From contig CAYMWJ010000003.1 in assembly GCA_964394235.1 (NCBI GenBank), positions 10,896-74,895 of the forward strand: a DNA stretch of 64,000 bases. Reading direction: 5' to 3'. This document shows, piece after piece, positions 62,755 through 64,000 of this stretch. The position numbers and the translations under genes are program-made. Source of the DNA: an uncultured Sedimenticola sp. GTDB lineage: Bacteria > Pseudomonadota > Gammaproteobacteria > Chromatiales > Chromatiaceae. Within the stretch, counting starts at the first letter, position 1; every line of letters begins with the position of its first letter. The notes under the pieces were generated by a model. It was not told the DNA's origin. It worked only from the letters and a program-made list of their open reading frames with translations, and searched no databases.

Positions 62755-62847
62755 TTGTCCCTGCCAGGGATAGGTAATTGCGCCGCCAGTCGGTATAATC
62801 GCGCCCGAATTTCACCTTTTCGACCTATTTTTTCACGGGAGATTGCC

Positions 62848-63726
62848 GTGTCCGCACAAAACGATTCTGGTTTCCTGCGCATGTTTCTCTTCGTTCTGGG
62901 TGCCCTGGTCGCCTTTACCGTCGTCATCATGTTTGCCGCTGGTTCGGTGAGCGACAAGCTCGAGGAGAAACAGGGAGGCGACAGCCGCAAGCAGGCCGCG
63001 ATCGCCGAGCGTATCAAGCCGGTGGGTGAGGTGGCCGTGGCCAAGGCCGGTGCCGCGCCTGCTGCGCCGCGCTCCGGCAAGGAAGTGGTCGGTGCCGTCT
63101 GCGGTGCCTGTCATGCCACCGGTGCGCTGAACGCCCCCAAGATCGGCAACGCCGATCAGTGGCAGCCGCGTTTCGAGGCCAACGGTGGTCTCGATGGCCT
63201 GGTCAAGAGCGCCATCGCTGGCAAGGGCTCCATGCCGCCGCGCGGGGGGGGCAATGTCAGCGACGAGGAGCTGCGTAATGCCATTGCCTACATGTTGAAG
63301 AAGGCCGGTATCGATGCGGCTGCCAAGGTGGCGCCTGCTCCGTCCAGCCCCGTGCAGGCCGTGGCGGACATGGTCGGCAAGGCGGTCGATGCGGCCACTC
63401 AGGCCGCCGGTCAGGCGGTGACGGCGGCAACCGAGGCCGTGGCGCAGGCCACCGGCCAGGCCGCGGCCCCTGCCGTCGAAGACGCCAGCGCACTGGCCCA
63501 GTCCAAGGGCTGTCTGGGCTGTCACCAGGTGGCGGCCAAGGTGCTCGGTCCGGCCTACAGAGATGTCGCGGCCAAGTATCGTGGAGATGCCGGGGCGCTC
63601 GAGCGGCTGGTAGCCAAGGTCCAGTCGGGTGGTGCTGGCGTCTGGGGGCAGATTCCCATGCCGCCCAACAACGTGAGCAACGAGGAGGCCACCCGCCTGG
63701 TGAAGTGGATCCTCAGTCTGCAGTGA
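62848..63726 (+). CDS. Diheme cytochrome: c5 domain, Ala-rich linker, c8 (c551/c552) domain
   Basis: TM anchor, ERIKPVG, CGACH, MPPRGG; second domain GCLGCH, GPAY.DVA.KY, WG.IPMPPN. Confidence 0.9.
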   Translation: MSAQNDSGFLRMFLFVLGALVAFTVVIMFAAGSVSDKLEEKQGGDSRKQAAIAERIKPVGEVAVAKAGAAPAAPRSGKEVVGAVCGACHATGALNAPKIGNADQWQPRFEANGGLDGLVKSAIAGKGSMPPRGGGNVSDEELRNAIAYMLKKAGIDAAAKVAPAPSSPVQAVADMVGKAVDAATQAAGQAVTAATEAVAQATGQAAAPAVEDASALAQSKGCLGCHQVAAKVLGPAYRDVAAKYRGDAGALERLVAKVQSGGAGVWGQIPMPPNNVSNEEATRLVKWILSLQ

Positions 63727-63768
63727 TCGGTTGGCAGTCGCGTATCGCCTGATTCGCGTTCACGCTCA

Positions 63769-63796
63769 GGCCTCGCCCCGGTGGCGAGGCCTTTTC
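63769..63796 (+). terminator. Rho-independent terminator
   Basis: AGGCCTCGCC-ccggt-GGCGAGGCCT-ttt. Confidence 0.75.
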
Positions 63797-64000
63797 GTAG
63801 TGCCCAGCATGCCCCCCTGTGGGTGGAAGTCCCGCCATGAGCCGGCCGTGGCGGGGCAGCGTCGAACTCTATGGCGGTTGCACCTGTCGAATCGCCCGGT
63901 GCGGGTCCGCATGCCGGGGGGGAGGGGGTCGGTCAGCCATGCTGACCGCCCCTATCCCGATTCAGCCGTTCCTAGCAACATAGAAAAATATTCCATGTTG

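Overview
A 64-kb high-GC gammaproteobacterial chromosome segment. Gene order and content suggest a Chromatiales/Sedimenticola/Thiolapillus-like sulfur oxidiser (inference). Positions 1-31.3 kb are mostly conserved housekeeping genes: mutM, rpmG/rpmB, radC, coaBC, dut, long-form algC, argB, slmA, pyrE, xth, ampG, yggU/yggT/proC/yggS, pilT/pilU and pyrK. This part also holds a Gld-like ABC operon, a dynamin-like GTPase and a toxin-antitoxin hotspot at 4.3-6.3 kb (HicAB, DUF4160/DUF2442, a deleted duplicate, and a 276-bp MITE with perfect 21-bp inverted repeats). Positions 31.4-39.6 kb are accessory: an MMPL transporter fused to a cNMP-binding domain, a Cys-rich secreted protein, an MddA-like methyltransferase, an orphan ModA-like binding protein, and a transmembrane one-component regulator (TtrS-like periplasmic domain, GAF, LuxR HTH). 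Positions 39.6-46.3 kb are a sigma32-type protein quality-control module (cbpA, cbpM, htpX, Prx-Grx, ftsH, DegP-like) ending next to tRNA-Arg(CCG). Positions 46.7-63.7 kb are a cytochrome c super-cluster: a NapC-type tetraheme, a periplasmic ankyrin protein, FccA-like and c4 dihemes, an uncharacterised 810-aa heptaheme lipoprotein with a PPIase and TlpA, the complete ccmABCDEFGHI operon, an FNR-like regulator and a c5-c8 fusion. A family of hairpin repeats built from 9-nt-periodic heptamers occurs at seven intergenic loci. I saw no CRISPR array, rRNA, integrase or full-length transposase. All family assignments come from motif recognition by eye; no database search was run.
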